From positions 21,447-85,446 of the forward strand of contig JACQYL010000053.1 in NCBI GenBank assembly GCA_016208165.1: DNA of 64,000 bases, written 5' to 3'. The translations under genes and the position numbers were made by a program. The DNA is from Deltaproteobacteria bacterium. GTDB lineage: Bacteria > Desulfobacterota > Desulfarculia > JACQYL01. How positions within the stretch are numbered: position 1 is the stretch's first letter; each line of letters begins with the position of its first letter. This document shows positions 20,097 through 28,607 of the stretch, one piece after another. The notes beneath the pieces were generated by a model that worked only from the letters and a program-made list of their open reading frames with translations, made no database searches and had not been told where the DNA came from.

Positions 20097-22394
20097 TCAA
20101 CGAAAGCTGTGACAACTGCAGCAATCAAGCCTTTCAGTATGTCCCGCCGGTTGCGCAGTGATCGGACCCGGGCCGCACAGATCTACCTGCGACCCGTCGC
20201 CCCCGCTCAGGTCCGGAGCGAAGGGCACGAACTCGAAGTTGGCGCCCTGATCCGCCATGTGGATTTTTGGATCCACACCGTCGTGACAGGAAGAGCACGC
20301 GGAAGCGGTTGGAGTGATGTTAATATCGTCGTTGGGACTCGCCGCGTCGTTCCCTACTTCGATGGTCGTAGGCAACACGTTGTCGCCGATGGCCGGCAAT
20401 TCAAAGCTTCCATCGATATGACAGGCCTCGCAATCGTTTAACGGCCGGGGATAGCGAACTTCGCTGTAGTCGTTGGGGCTACCGCCAAATCCGTACACCA
20501 CGATGCCTTCGGTCCTGAAACCGTCGGCGGAGGAGGCGCCGGCATGGATGGCATGGATCAAGTATTTGAAATCAATGGTTTCCTGTGTCTTACCGTCGGC
20601 CGTTGTCGCTGAGCCACCCGGGCGCCGGCCGATATCCGTGGCATCCGGGTTATGGCAGATTACGCACAGCTGAGTTTCGTCGTTCCGGTTTGCTCCGTGC
20701 AAGCTCAACAAACCGTGGCACTGATCGCAGTTGGCGATGTCCACAACCTCCCGACGCGCCTGTGGCGTAGCGTCCGTGACGGCAAAAAAATTCACCACGC
20801 CTTTGACCGGCACCCGTACATCGAACACGCCGGGTTCGGATTCCACCGCAGGATGCCCCTCGATGGCCACAACCCCCGATCCGGTCACAGCCGCAGGAAT
20901 GGCCACTCCGGATGTCACTGTAAACGTGCCGTCGCCGTTGTCCACCGCGCTTGTAATCGGATTGATCGAGATGGGCTGAGCCGGGGTGCTGGTGCTGCCC
21001 GTGTTCGTATAATCTTCGGAATTCCAGCCGATGAGGATCGCCAATCGGCTGGCGCCTCCGGGAGCATTGAATTCCGGATCGACGAGAATATCGTAGGGCG
21101 CGTCACCGTTGGTGGGATCCGTAACCGAGAATGTGATCACCGGAAACTGTCCGGGCCCCGTGTTCTGGACGTCCAATATGTTGTATTCGAACCTGGCTGC
21201 GGCGGCCTGTTCCGGAATCACGTGAGTATCCGTGATGCCCGCCGCGCCTCCGGACGCCGGATGACAGTTGACGCAGCTGCGGTTGTCGGGTTGGGCGCCC
21301 CCGGCATGGTTTTCACCGGTCACCAAGTTGACGTCGTCGTGACACGACGTGCATGCGGCAATGGTGGGAACGTTCATCCAGTTGTCACCATCCGGCGTAT
21401 CGGAGTCCGAGCCGTCGTGACATTTGGTGCAGTTGCGCCGATCCTGAGGAAAGACCACGTTGGAGTAGTCGTTTACCGAATCCCCAAAACCATATATCAC
21501 ATATTCACCGCCGGCCTGCACACTGGGCAGGTCCTCACCCGAGTGGATCTTGTGGATCATTACCTTGAAATCAACGGTGTTGCCGCTGTTGGCGTCCGTA
21601 CTGCCCGGATTGTGGCAGGTTACGCAATACTTGACAGCGATCCTATCCCCGCCGTGAAATCCCAGCTTCCGGTGGCACTCGTCGCAGTTCGCGTTCCTCA
21701 CGATCGAGCGAGTGGTTATCGGCGTGCTGCCATCGGGCACGAATTCGAATATGGCGTTATCCGTGTTCTCCGTAGTCTGCATGGCCACGCGATGCGTCAG
21801 GGCGGGATTATACGCGACGGCTACGGGAGACGTTACGTTTTGGATATCGAACGAGAAGGTATAGCTGTAGCTGCCGTCCTGATTGTCCACAAACACGCCC
21901 CCCTGCGTACTCGTCCTTTCCGACGAAGCTTGAACCTGGTCCGTGGTCCCCGGCCCTACATCAGGGGTTTCAATCACATTGATGTAACTCTGCCAGAAAC
22001 TCGCATTGCCGTTTGCAGCGGGATTCAGCTGCGCCAGAGTGAAGCGGATGTTCGAAGGGGCCACAAACGCGAGCGGCTGGCCCGCGTTGAACAGCCTGAA
22101 ATTTATGGTCGTGGCGCCGCCAACGATCGTCACTGCGTCTATGACCCCGGTTATAGTCGTCTCCGGAGTGCTGTGCTGCGCGGCCACGTCTACGATCCGG
22201 CCCGGATCGTGGCACAGCATGCATTCTTCGTTGAATGTCTGCTCCACGAGAGGGGGCGCCTGATCTCCGGTACCGCCGCTCTCGCTGCCGCACCCTGCCA
22301 GAAGTAGAACGTAACCGATCGCAAGGCACAAGACCAAGCTGTTAAACAATCCTTTTCTCATGACACCATCTCCTTCCACTCTGAGGTCCGTCAC
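20097..22394 (-). CDS. Large multiheme c-type cytochrome lipoprotein (11 CxxCH motifs), candidate outer-surface terminal reductase
   Basis: CxxCH motifs: CMLCH, CDECH, CVTCH, CTKCH, CTSCH, CVNCH, CDQCH, CVICH, CEACH, CSSCH, CCSCH. Signal peptide with lipobox LLAGC (alternative start at M12 near 22361). Thr/Gly/Asn-rich, beta-rich composition between hemes. Confidence 0.9.
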   Translation of the reverse strand: MTDLRVEGDGVMRKGLFNSLVLCLAIGYVLLLAGCGSESGGTGDQAPPLVEQTFNEECMLCHDPGRIVDVAAQHSTPETTITGVIDAVTIVGGATTINFRLFNAGQPLAFVAPSNIRFTLAQLNPAANGNASFWQSYINVIETPDVGPGTTDQVQASSERTSTQGGVFVDNQDGSYSYTFSFDIQNVTSPVAVAYNPALTHRVAMQTTENTDNAIFEFVPDGSTPITTRSIVRNANCDECHRKLGFHGGDRIAVKYCVTCHNPGSTDANSGNTVDFKVMIHKIHSGEDLPSVQAGGEYVIYGFGDSVNDYSNVVFPQDRRNCTKCHDGSDSDTPDGDNWMNVPTIAACTSCHDDVNLVTGENHAGGAQPDNRSCVNCHPASGGAAGITDTHVIPEQAAAARFEYNILDVQNTGPGQFPVITFSVTDPTNGDAPYDILVDPEFNAPGGASRLAILIGWNSEDYTNTGSTSTPAQPISINPITSAVDNGDGTFTVTSGVAIPAAVTGSGVVAIEGHPAVESEPGVFDVRVPVKGVVNFFAVTDATPQARREVVDIANCDQCHGLLSLHGANRNDETQLCVICHNPDATDIGRRPGGSATTADGKTQETIDFKYLIHAIHAGASSADGFRTEGIVVYGFGGSPNDYSEVRYPRPLNDCEACHIDGSFELPAIGDNVLPTTIEVGNDAASPNDDINITPTASACSSCHDGVDPKIHMADQGANFEFVPFAPDLSGGDGSQVDLCGPGPITAQPAGHTERLDCCSCHSFR

Positions 22395-22403
22395 AAACTT
22401 ATG

Positions 22404-23000
22404 TTATCCCTTGTCGTGAAGGTAGAACTCCTCGTACAAGACGATCGCCTTCTTTACTGCGAATGTCGCCGCACGGGATGATATGGTCGCCCCGGCGATC
22501 CCGGTAATGTCTTTACCGACCGTTAGAACGGAACCGCTGGTCTTACCTTGGTACTGATCCATGAAACTACGTCTCGCGATGGGACGTCCCCTTTTTTCCT
22601 GATAGCTCATCACGAGCACTCTCTGGACGGCGCCCCTCAGATCCATTGCGATCATGAACTCGACAGGGCCCCATTTTCCGGGTTGGTCATCAATAACGGC
22701 CACCCCTATTTTTTTTCCGTCCTTTTCAGCAAAGTAGAAATCGATCTTCTTGCTTGCAACCACGGCTGCGGACTCTGAACCTTCCTGGAGAAATTCGAGG
22801 CTTCCTCCCAACCGTTCCGTCACGCGTTGCTCAACCTCGCCTTTCAACCTTTCCGTCTGTTTGATGATCTTGGTGCCCGCACCAAAAACCTCGAGCAGGG
22901 CCTCTTTGAGCGTCAACAAGGTGAACGCGTGGCCGAGAACAACAGAAGCGGCGAAAACGGCCACTGCGCTTACTACAACAAGAGCTTTCTGCTTTGTCAT
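22404..23000 (-). CDS. Membrane-anchored FMN-binding domain protein (FMN_bind; RnfG/NqrC/PplA-like flavinylation substrate)
   Basis: N-terminal TM helix. C-terminal region DITGIAGATISSRAATFAVKKA contains the conserved D..(S/T)GAT(I/L)(S/T) motif whose Thr is the FMN attachment site in NqrC/RnfG. Start taken at MTKQK (23000), which is preceded by an AGGAGA RBS. Confidence 0.8.
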   Translation of the reverse strand: MTKQKALVVVSAVAVFAASVVLGHAFTLLTLKEALLEVFGAGTKIIKQTERLKGEVEQRVTERLGGSLEFLQEGSESAAVVASKKIDFYFAEKDGKKIGVAVIDDQPGKWGPVEFMIAMDLRGAVQRVLVMSYQEKRGRPIARRSFMDQYQGKTSGSVLTVGKDITGIAGATISSRAATFAVKKAIVLYEEFYLHDKG

Positions 23001-23013
23001 GTGGTGTCTCCTG

Positions 23014-24036
23014 CTATTCGATAGTGGAAATCGCCTGGAGGCGATCTTTGAGACCGGAAGAGTACAAGACTTCACCGGATTCGGTGACCATGATCACCTC
23101 CATGCCGGGAATGCTCTCAACGATCTCGAGACCTTTCTCGGGCCCCAAAACGAACAACGCCGTATTCCAAGCGTCTGCGAGAGCCGGGTCCCCGTACAGG
23201 ATCGTAGTGCCCGTGAGTCCTGAAGCGGGATACCCTGTCTTCGGGTTAAAGATGTGGTGATAGCGCTTACCCTGGTCCATGAAGAATCGCTCGTAATCCC
23301 CCGATCCCATGATCGAGAGGTCCTCCGCCTCTATGAATCCGAGAAGGCCGTCGCCCCGTGGGTCTTTGATTCCCACCTTCCAGGACCGGAGTCCCTTTTT
23401 CCCCATGGCGTATACGTCTCCCCCGGCATCGATCAAGGCTGAGGTCACTCCTTCAGCCCGCAACACTTTTATCGCCTCACCCACCGCGTATCCTTTTGCA
23501 ATGCCGCCTAAGTCGATCCGAATATCGGGCCTAGTCTTTTCCACCTTCGAGTTCCGGACGACCAGATGTTTGTAGCCGATCTTTTCGATGCATCGTTCGA
23601 TGCTTTCGTGATCGGGGACGGAGGGATGGTCTCCATAAAACCCCCATAGCGATATGAGCGGACAGATCGTGATATCAAAGGCGCCGTCCGAATCGCGACT
23701 CACGCCTAAGGCTAATTTCACGAGATCCACGATCTCGCTGTCTGAAATGGGGGCGCCCTCATTGTTGAATGCATACAGGGGGCTTTTAGGGTTCAGGAAA
23801 TCAAACTTCTCATCGACTTCTTCCATCCGCTGCAAGGCCGCGTTCACGGCCTTGGATGTCAATTTCTCGGGGCCGACGGCATAGACGGTTACGTAGGTAT
23901 CCATCATCACGCGCGTCTGCTTTTCCAGATGGAATCGATAGGAGTTGTAGGTTCTCACGCTAAAAAAGACAGCGAACAGCACTCCGACAACTATGAATAT
24001 GACTTTCGCCGTCTTAGACAGGCTATTTTGCTTCAA
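23014..24036 (-). CDS. apbE: FAD:protein FMN transferase (ApbE family), membrane-anchored
   Basis: N-terminal TM helix, then the typical ApbE layout (MDTYVTVYA...GVSRDSDGAFDITI.PLI..WGF...IDLGGIAKGYAV...GD.Y..G). 340 aa. Confidence 0.85.
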   Translation of the reverse strand: MKQNSLSKTAKVIFIVVGVLFAVFFSVRTYNSYRFHLEKQTRVMMDTYVTVYAVGPEKLTSKAVNAALQRMEEVDEKFDFLNPKSPLYAFNNEGAPISDSEIVDLVKLALGVSRDSDGAFDITICPLISLWGFYGDHPSVPDHESIERCIEKIGYKHLVVRNSKVEKTRPDIRIDLGGIAKGYAVGEAIKVLRAEGVTSALIDAGGDVYAMGKKGLRSWKVGIKDPRGDGLLGFIEAEDLSIMGSGDYERFFMDQGKRYHHIFNPKTGYPASGLTGTTILYGDPALADAWNTALFVLGPEKGLEIVESIPGMEVIMVTESGEVLYSSGLKDRLQAISTIE

Positions 24037-24153
24037 TCCACCTCCTAGTTATGCTTCTTCCAGATCAGATCTCTCAGCCGGTCCGACCACGTGCGGCGGA
24101 CTACGCTTGTCCTCGTCAAACATAAGCCGGACATCATTTGGATCTTCCGGTTC

Positions 24154-25425
24154 TTAAAAGGTCGTCCTCCATCCCAACGTCCATCGGATGTACTTGAGCG
24201 TTTCCGAACCATCAGACCGATCGGCATCCACGAGTTCGATCTGTGGTATGATCGTCGAGTTACTGGTAATCCAGTAGTTCAAAGCCATGGACAATGTCTT
24301 ATAATTATCCGTAACGGCGCTCGTTGAAGGGAAGAAGAGATCTACATCGCTATACTTGGCCAACACCCGCCATTCGGGATTGAAAGTGTACATGGCCCGG
24401 ACGTAATATCCTTCGTTCACCGCATCCGCCGTTCCCCCGCCGATCAGCGGGGAATCTTCCTGTTCTCTTCGCAGGTATTCGCCGAGAAGGCTGATGCCCT
24501 TGTATCGCAAGTCCGCACCACCGAGCCATTGCCACGAGTTGTTATCATCGTCGTTATCCCACCTGCCCCATCCCAAGGAGCCCAGAATCCGTATGCTTAC
24601 GTCCATCAAGGAGAATTCGGGCGCTACATGCAGCAACAGATTCTTGGTGCCGTTGTTGTCCACGTAACGGCTCTCTTCATTGTCCCCGTTCAGATATGGA
24701 TAGAAATACACGGGCAATGAGAAATTCTCGAAATCGAAGTTGCGGTACAGCTCCACCCCCAGCGATCGCCAGGACTCCAAAAAGAGCAAGCCATTGTTCC
24801 CGTGATACTGCTCATGCCACCAAGTCTGTCTGGCGTATTCCTCGCTGAACATCGGGTAGAAGGCGCCCACCCGCGCTTCCAGTTCCCAGGGAAGCCTGAC
24901 CGTCATGTATGCCTCGTCAAGGTCCACATCCACGGAAGCCGAGCCCGCTCGGGTGATGTCTCCGCCGAGCCCGGGGGTGGCGGCGGCCAACACTTCGATC
25001 TTGGGAGCAACATCGAGACTCAGCCACTCGTTGAGCACTTTGCTGAAATAGAGATATACGTCACTGATGCCGGCGGAAAGATTGTTGTTCTGGCTCACAT
25101 CGTTGCGCTCACCGTCCGTCCGATCCAGCATGAAGAACTTGAAATGTCCCCCAATGTTGACCCCCTTCCGCACCTCCTCCATGATTTTTGAAGGCATCTG
25201 CGACAGTTCGTCAACACTGTCCTCGAGCTCGGGAATGGCTGCAATCTCTTCCTTCTGGGATTTCTGCTCCTCCTCGAGTTGTTCCACCCGCTCTTTCATC
25301 GTATCCATTGCCTTTTGCATCTGCTGGATCTGCTCTTTAAGATCGGCAATTTCGTCCGACATCGACCGAGCAGGCGCCAACAAAACACAAACAATGACAA
25401 CCACCAATGCAATTCGCAGCTTCAT
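24154..25425 (-). CDS. Putative outer-membrane beta-barrel (porin-like) protein with an N-terminal coiled-coil segment
   Basis: Cleavable signal peptide, about 60-aa heptad-rich Glu/Gln/Lys segment, then alternating aromatic/hydrophilic beta-strand pattern rich in Tyr/Trp/Asn/Gly. C-terminal ...LGWRTTF ends in Phe as in OMP beta-signals. Confidence 0.5.
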   Translation of the reverse strand: MKLRIALVVVIVCVLLAPARSMSDEIADLKEQIQQMQKAMDTMKERVEQLEEEQKSQKEEIAAIPELEDSVDELSQMPSKIMEEVRKGVNIGGHFKFFMLDRTDGERNDVSQNNNLSAGISDVYLYFSKVLNEWLSLDVAPKIEVLAAATPGLGGDITRAGSASVDVDLDEAYMTVRLPWELEARVGAFYPMFSEEYARQTWWHEQYHGNNGLLFLESWRSLGVELYRNFDFENFSLPVYFYPYLNGDNEESRYVDNNGTKNLLLHVAPEFSLMDVSIRILGSLGWGRWDNDDDNNSWQWLGGADLRYKGISLLGEYLRREQEDSPLIGGGTADAVNEGYYVRAMYTFNPEWRVLAKYSDVDLFFPSTSAVTDNYKTLSMALNYWITSNSTIIPQIELVDADRSDGSETLKYIRWTLGWRTTF

Positions 25426-25443
25426 ACCTCCCCCTCCTTATGT

Positions 25444-26292
25444 TTACCTAATAATGGTCCGGATCATTCTATTGACGGACAGGCCGAGTGACTTCCGGAA
25501 CCTCCGGGCGCCACCCACCCTCTCTACGTTTCCCTCCTTTTTATCCGTTCTCGTTTCACTCGGGGGTTCCATCCCTGGCCGGAGAAGCATAGCTACCAAG
25601 TGATTCTCGTGCTGTTGAGCAACCCTCCGATGAGTAGAAAGATCCCGCACAGTTTCCAGATCGGCGCTGCCTTCGAACATCGTCCGATCCATGGGGAAGT
25701 TCTGCCTGCGAAGATGAGCAACGGTGAAATGGATGATAAACACGTGCCCCATGGCCAGCATGCCCTCGATACGATGCACCCAAAGGGCTATGTTCAAGCC
25801 CCATCCCGGTATGATGCGCGTCGAAATCAGAGGGAAAGCCAGGATCAAGCCCGTTGTGCCCATGACCATCATGCCCCAGAATACCGCTCCCAGGTAATCC
25901 ACCTTTTCCCAATATCCCCAGCGGTCAAGACGTGGATGAGATCCTTTGCCGAGAAACCAGGCCACATGCTGGAAAAAATCCTTCACATCATGAGGTTGGG
26001 GAAACATGGAATCCGGGCCCATGAGGGATGACGGAAAAGTACGCCAGCGAATCCGGAAGGCCAGGTACACGAGATGGAGCAGAAAGGCCAGAATCATGAA
26101 AAGTCCCACGTACTTGTGAACCACGAGGGCCGACTCGTAGCCGCCGAACACGCGGGCAAGCCCTTTTCCCCAAGCCGTTTGGATATACATGCGCGCAAGT
26201 CCGGACGCGCCCTGCGTCAAGAACGTGATGATCAGCACCACATGTGAAATGCGTTCTACGGTGTTAAACCGTTTAAGTCTGATCTTCTCCAT
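25444..26292 (-). CDS. Membrane b-type cytochrome (Ni/Fe-hydrogenase b-type cytochrome subunit / cytochrome b561 family; candidate quinol oxidase)
   Basis: RFNTVERISHVVLIITF at the N-terminus is characteristic of the PF01292 family. Four hydrophobic helices with conserved His. Start taken at MEKIRLKRF. Overlaps the upstream gene stop by about 20 nt. Confidence 0.7.
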   Translation of the reverse strand: MEKIRLKRFNTVERISHVVLIITFLTQGASGLARMYIQTAWGKGLARVFGGYESALVVHKYVGLFMILAFLLHLVYLAFRIRWRTFPSSLMGPDSMFPQPHDVKDFFQHVAWFLGKGSHPRLDRWGYWEKVDYLGAVFWGMMVMGTTGLILAFPLISTRIIPGWGLNIALWVHRIEGMLAMGHVFIIHFTVAHLRRQNFPMDRTMFEGSADLETVRDLSTHRRVAQQHENHLVAMLLRPGMEPPSETRTDKKEGNVERVGGARRFRKSLGLSVNRMIRTIIR

Positions 26293-26995
26293 CCGTTTGA
26301 TGACCCTCGTCGCTAGGTTTTCTCTTGAGCAACAACTCCCTGAGACTCCAAAGGAACGTATGAGGCAGAAACACCACAAAGATGCTCACCGACATCCCTA
26401 TCATGATCCAGAACGCATAAAACAGGATCGGGAAATCTTTTCTTGTGCTGAGAGACGCCGGATTTGGCGAATGAACGACGTAGCTGGCAAACGAGGCGTT
26501 GGCTCCTTCGTGACACTTGGAGCAGACGTAGGCATGCCTTCGTATGGGATTCATGGGTGAATAATAGTATTCGCCGCCGGAGATCGGCTCTCCACCATGG
26601 CACTGGCGACACGTCAGATTGGCCCGAACGGTGTGCAGGTCTCGGGTTTCTCTTGGATGGCAATCTTCGCAGGTTTGATACTCGTAGAACCTCAGCCCCA
26701 CATGGGAATCTTCGAGGCGGCTCCGAATTCCTATCCTGGCCGCAGCCGGAGTGTACGGCAGCAGTCCTCGCCTCAAACCCGGAATCGCAATCAACGGGGA
26801 TTCGCTGAAGGGTCTAGCCTCATATTCCTCGTAGTACCCGGTACTCGCTTCATAGTTCTTGTAGCGACGGATGGACGACGCCACTTCCTCCTGAGCATGG
26901 CACAAAGCAGGCCCCAGGAGCAGCGCCGCCGCCAGGCCTAAAAGCAGGGCTATCGATACTCTCCCTGCGGCTCGGTTTCTCATAAGGAATCGCAT
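26273..26995 (-). CDS. Triheme c-type cytochrome with N-terminal signal/anchor and C-terminal transmembrane helix
   Basis: CEDCH, CRQCH and CSKCH motifs. Hydrophobic C-terminus FPILFYAFWIMIGMSVSIFVVFL followed by a charged tail. Confidence 0.8.
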   Translation of the reverse strand: MRFLMRNRAAGRVSIALLLGLAAALLLGPALCHAQEEVASSIRRYKNYEASTGYYEEYEARPFSESPLIAIPGLRRGLLPYTPAAARIGIRSRLEDSHVGLRFYEYQTCEDCHPRETRDLHTVRANLTCRQCHGGEPISGGEYYYSPMNPIRRHAYVCSKCHEGANASFASYVVHSPNPASLSTRKDFPILFYAFWIMIGMSVSIFVVFLPHTFLWSLRELLLKRKPSDEGHQTDGEDQT

Positions 26996-27193
26996 ATCCG
27001 TATCACCAATATTCCCGTATCAGCGCTCAGTGCATTTTCCCGGTCAGGATTCACCCATTGTTGGTGGAACGGGTGACCTGTTCGGCCCTGTCTGGATCTT
27101 CTTCCAAAGAAGAACTCACTTCTTCAATCGGTAGGTTTCCGCCGGATTCCTTCCAACTAAAGGAAGTATTCTGTCTTCCGGATTTCCGGCATG

Positions 27194-28525
27194 TTACTTG
27201 AGTTCAAACGTTTCCGCGCCTTCCTCCTTAAGCTGTATTTCCGGATCTTTTCCTTCCCCTTCCGGGGAGCCGGCCGATTCCGATTCGCCTCCGCCAAAGC
27301 CTCCAAAAGCATCTCGCTGCAACTTCTTCAAGTCGGCGCCCTTATGCTTGTGGCACGTCTCGCAGGAATTAGGAATGTTGGGATTCTTGATCGTGTCGAT
27401 GGGCAACAGGGTGACGAACACATGGCTGTGTAGATCCCCGGATTCCGCGTTTTTCGCGATCCTCGGCATATGACATCCTACGCAATTTGCAAAAGTGTGG
27501 ATGGCGTGCGCCTTAACCCTGTTGACCAACTGATGGCACTGGAAGCACTGCTGCGAACCGGCGGCGGACGTTTGGGACTTGGTTGGAGGCAGACCGATCT
27601 GGTGTACAAAGTGGCAGGAGGTACAGGTAACGCCTTCCACGTAATGAGCCGATTTCAGCCAATCGTTGTATTGCTGATGATGCCCCTTGGAGAACTCATT
27701 CATGTAGAAGTTTCCCGTGTCGCCCTCAGCATACGAAGTGGCGTTGTAATAGGCGGCAAGGGCTTCTCCCGGCTGGTAATCGACGGGCCAATGAACGCCT
27801 TCGGCTACCGTGGACATGCCGCGCTCGTGACACGAACCACAGATCTGAACCCTCGCTCCCGTGGACAATTTGGCCGGATTTACAATTGTTTTACGCTTTT
27901 CGAACACGGCTGTTTTCGGTAAGGCGACATGCCAGGAACCTTTCCCATGACACGCCTCGCACCCTATGCTCAACTCGCTGAACCTGTTGTTTTTCAGATC
28001 CACACCGGTGGCGTGGCAACCACCGCAATACTGGAGCCAGGGTTTTTGATCCCAGTCACCTTCGCGATAAGTCACCCATCGATGAGTGTCCATATTGTAT
28101 TGAATGGGAGCGATGTAAAGAGCGCCGTTTTTTTCAACGATGAAACGCTGCTGCCATTGCCCCCCAATGGCGTATTTGATCTCGTCAAGTTTGGGGATAT
28201 AGATCTGATCCGTCGATGGCTTGGCTGCATCTTCCGATTGGGTGAAGCTCTCCCGAATCTTGGCCTCACTATAAGGGACCATAATGGCGCTGGCGTCCTT
28301 TTGCACATCCAGGGTGCTGCGGCTGTGAGAGGTCATCTTCCAGGAATCGTAATGCTGCAGGTGGCACATCTTGCATCGATCCGATCCGGCGTACGTTTTT
28401 GGAGCTGCTGTGATTTCTTCAATATCTACAGGCGCTTCCGGACTACATGCGGCTAAAACAAGGAGTGTCAGACAGACTGCGATAAGCTTCGAACGGCTTC
28501 CCATGACCATGTTCCCCTCCTCCAT
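27194..28525 (-). CDS. Octaheme c-type cytochrome lipoprotein (periplasmic)
   Basis: Eight CxxCH motifs (CKMCH, CGGCH, CEACH, CGSCH, CTSCH, CFQCH, CVGCH, CETCH). Signal peptide with lipobox LAAC. Confidence 0.9.
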   Translation of the reverse strand: MEEGNMVMGSRSKLIAVCLTLLVLAACSPEAPVDIEEITAAPKTYAGSDRCKMCHLQHYDSWKMTSHSRSTLDVQKDASAIMVPYSEAKIRESFTQSEDAAKPSTDQIYIPKLDEIKYAIGGQWQQRFIVEKNGALYIAPIQYNMDTHRWVTYREGDWDQKPWLQYCGGCHATGVDLKNNRFSELSIGCEACHGKGSWHVALPKTAVFEKRKTIVNPAKLSTGARVQICGSCHERGMSTVAEGVHWPVDYQPGEALAAYYNATSYAEGDTGNFYMNEFSKGHHQQYNDWLKSAHYVEGVTCTSCHFVHQIGLPPTKSQTSAAGSQQCFQCHQLVNRVKAHAIHTFANCVGCHMPRIAKNAESGDLHSHVFVTLLPIDTIKNPNIPNSCETCHKHKGADLKKLQRDAFGGFGGGESESAGSPEGEGKDPEIQLKEEGAETFELK

Positions 28526-28607
28526 AAACGATAACCGTTTTCTCGATGACCCGGTTCGGCATTTCTGTCGGATCGGGTTCCGGCCGCCGGCATCGGCGCC
28601 TGGGTGA

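Noticed and set aside
20652-22307. 551-codon plus-strand ORF, entirely antisense to the 11-heme cytochrome gene
   Set aside because: Its translation is Arg/Gly/His/Val-rich low-complexity with no motifs. It is the mirror frame of a GC-rich gene. The sense-strand cytochrome has 11 perfect CxxCH motifs, so the antisense ORF is treated as a spurious GC-driven open frame.
26990-27195. Possible internal terminator or attenuator in the 198-bp gap between the octaheme and triheme cytochrome genes (GAAGAA-N5-TTCTTC hairpins)
   Set aside because: The stems are AT-rich and short, and are not followed by a U-run on the minus strand. More likely a processing or structure element or nothing. Not called as a feature.
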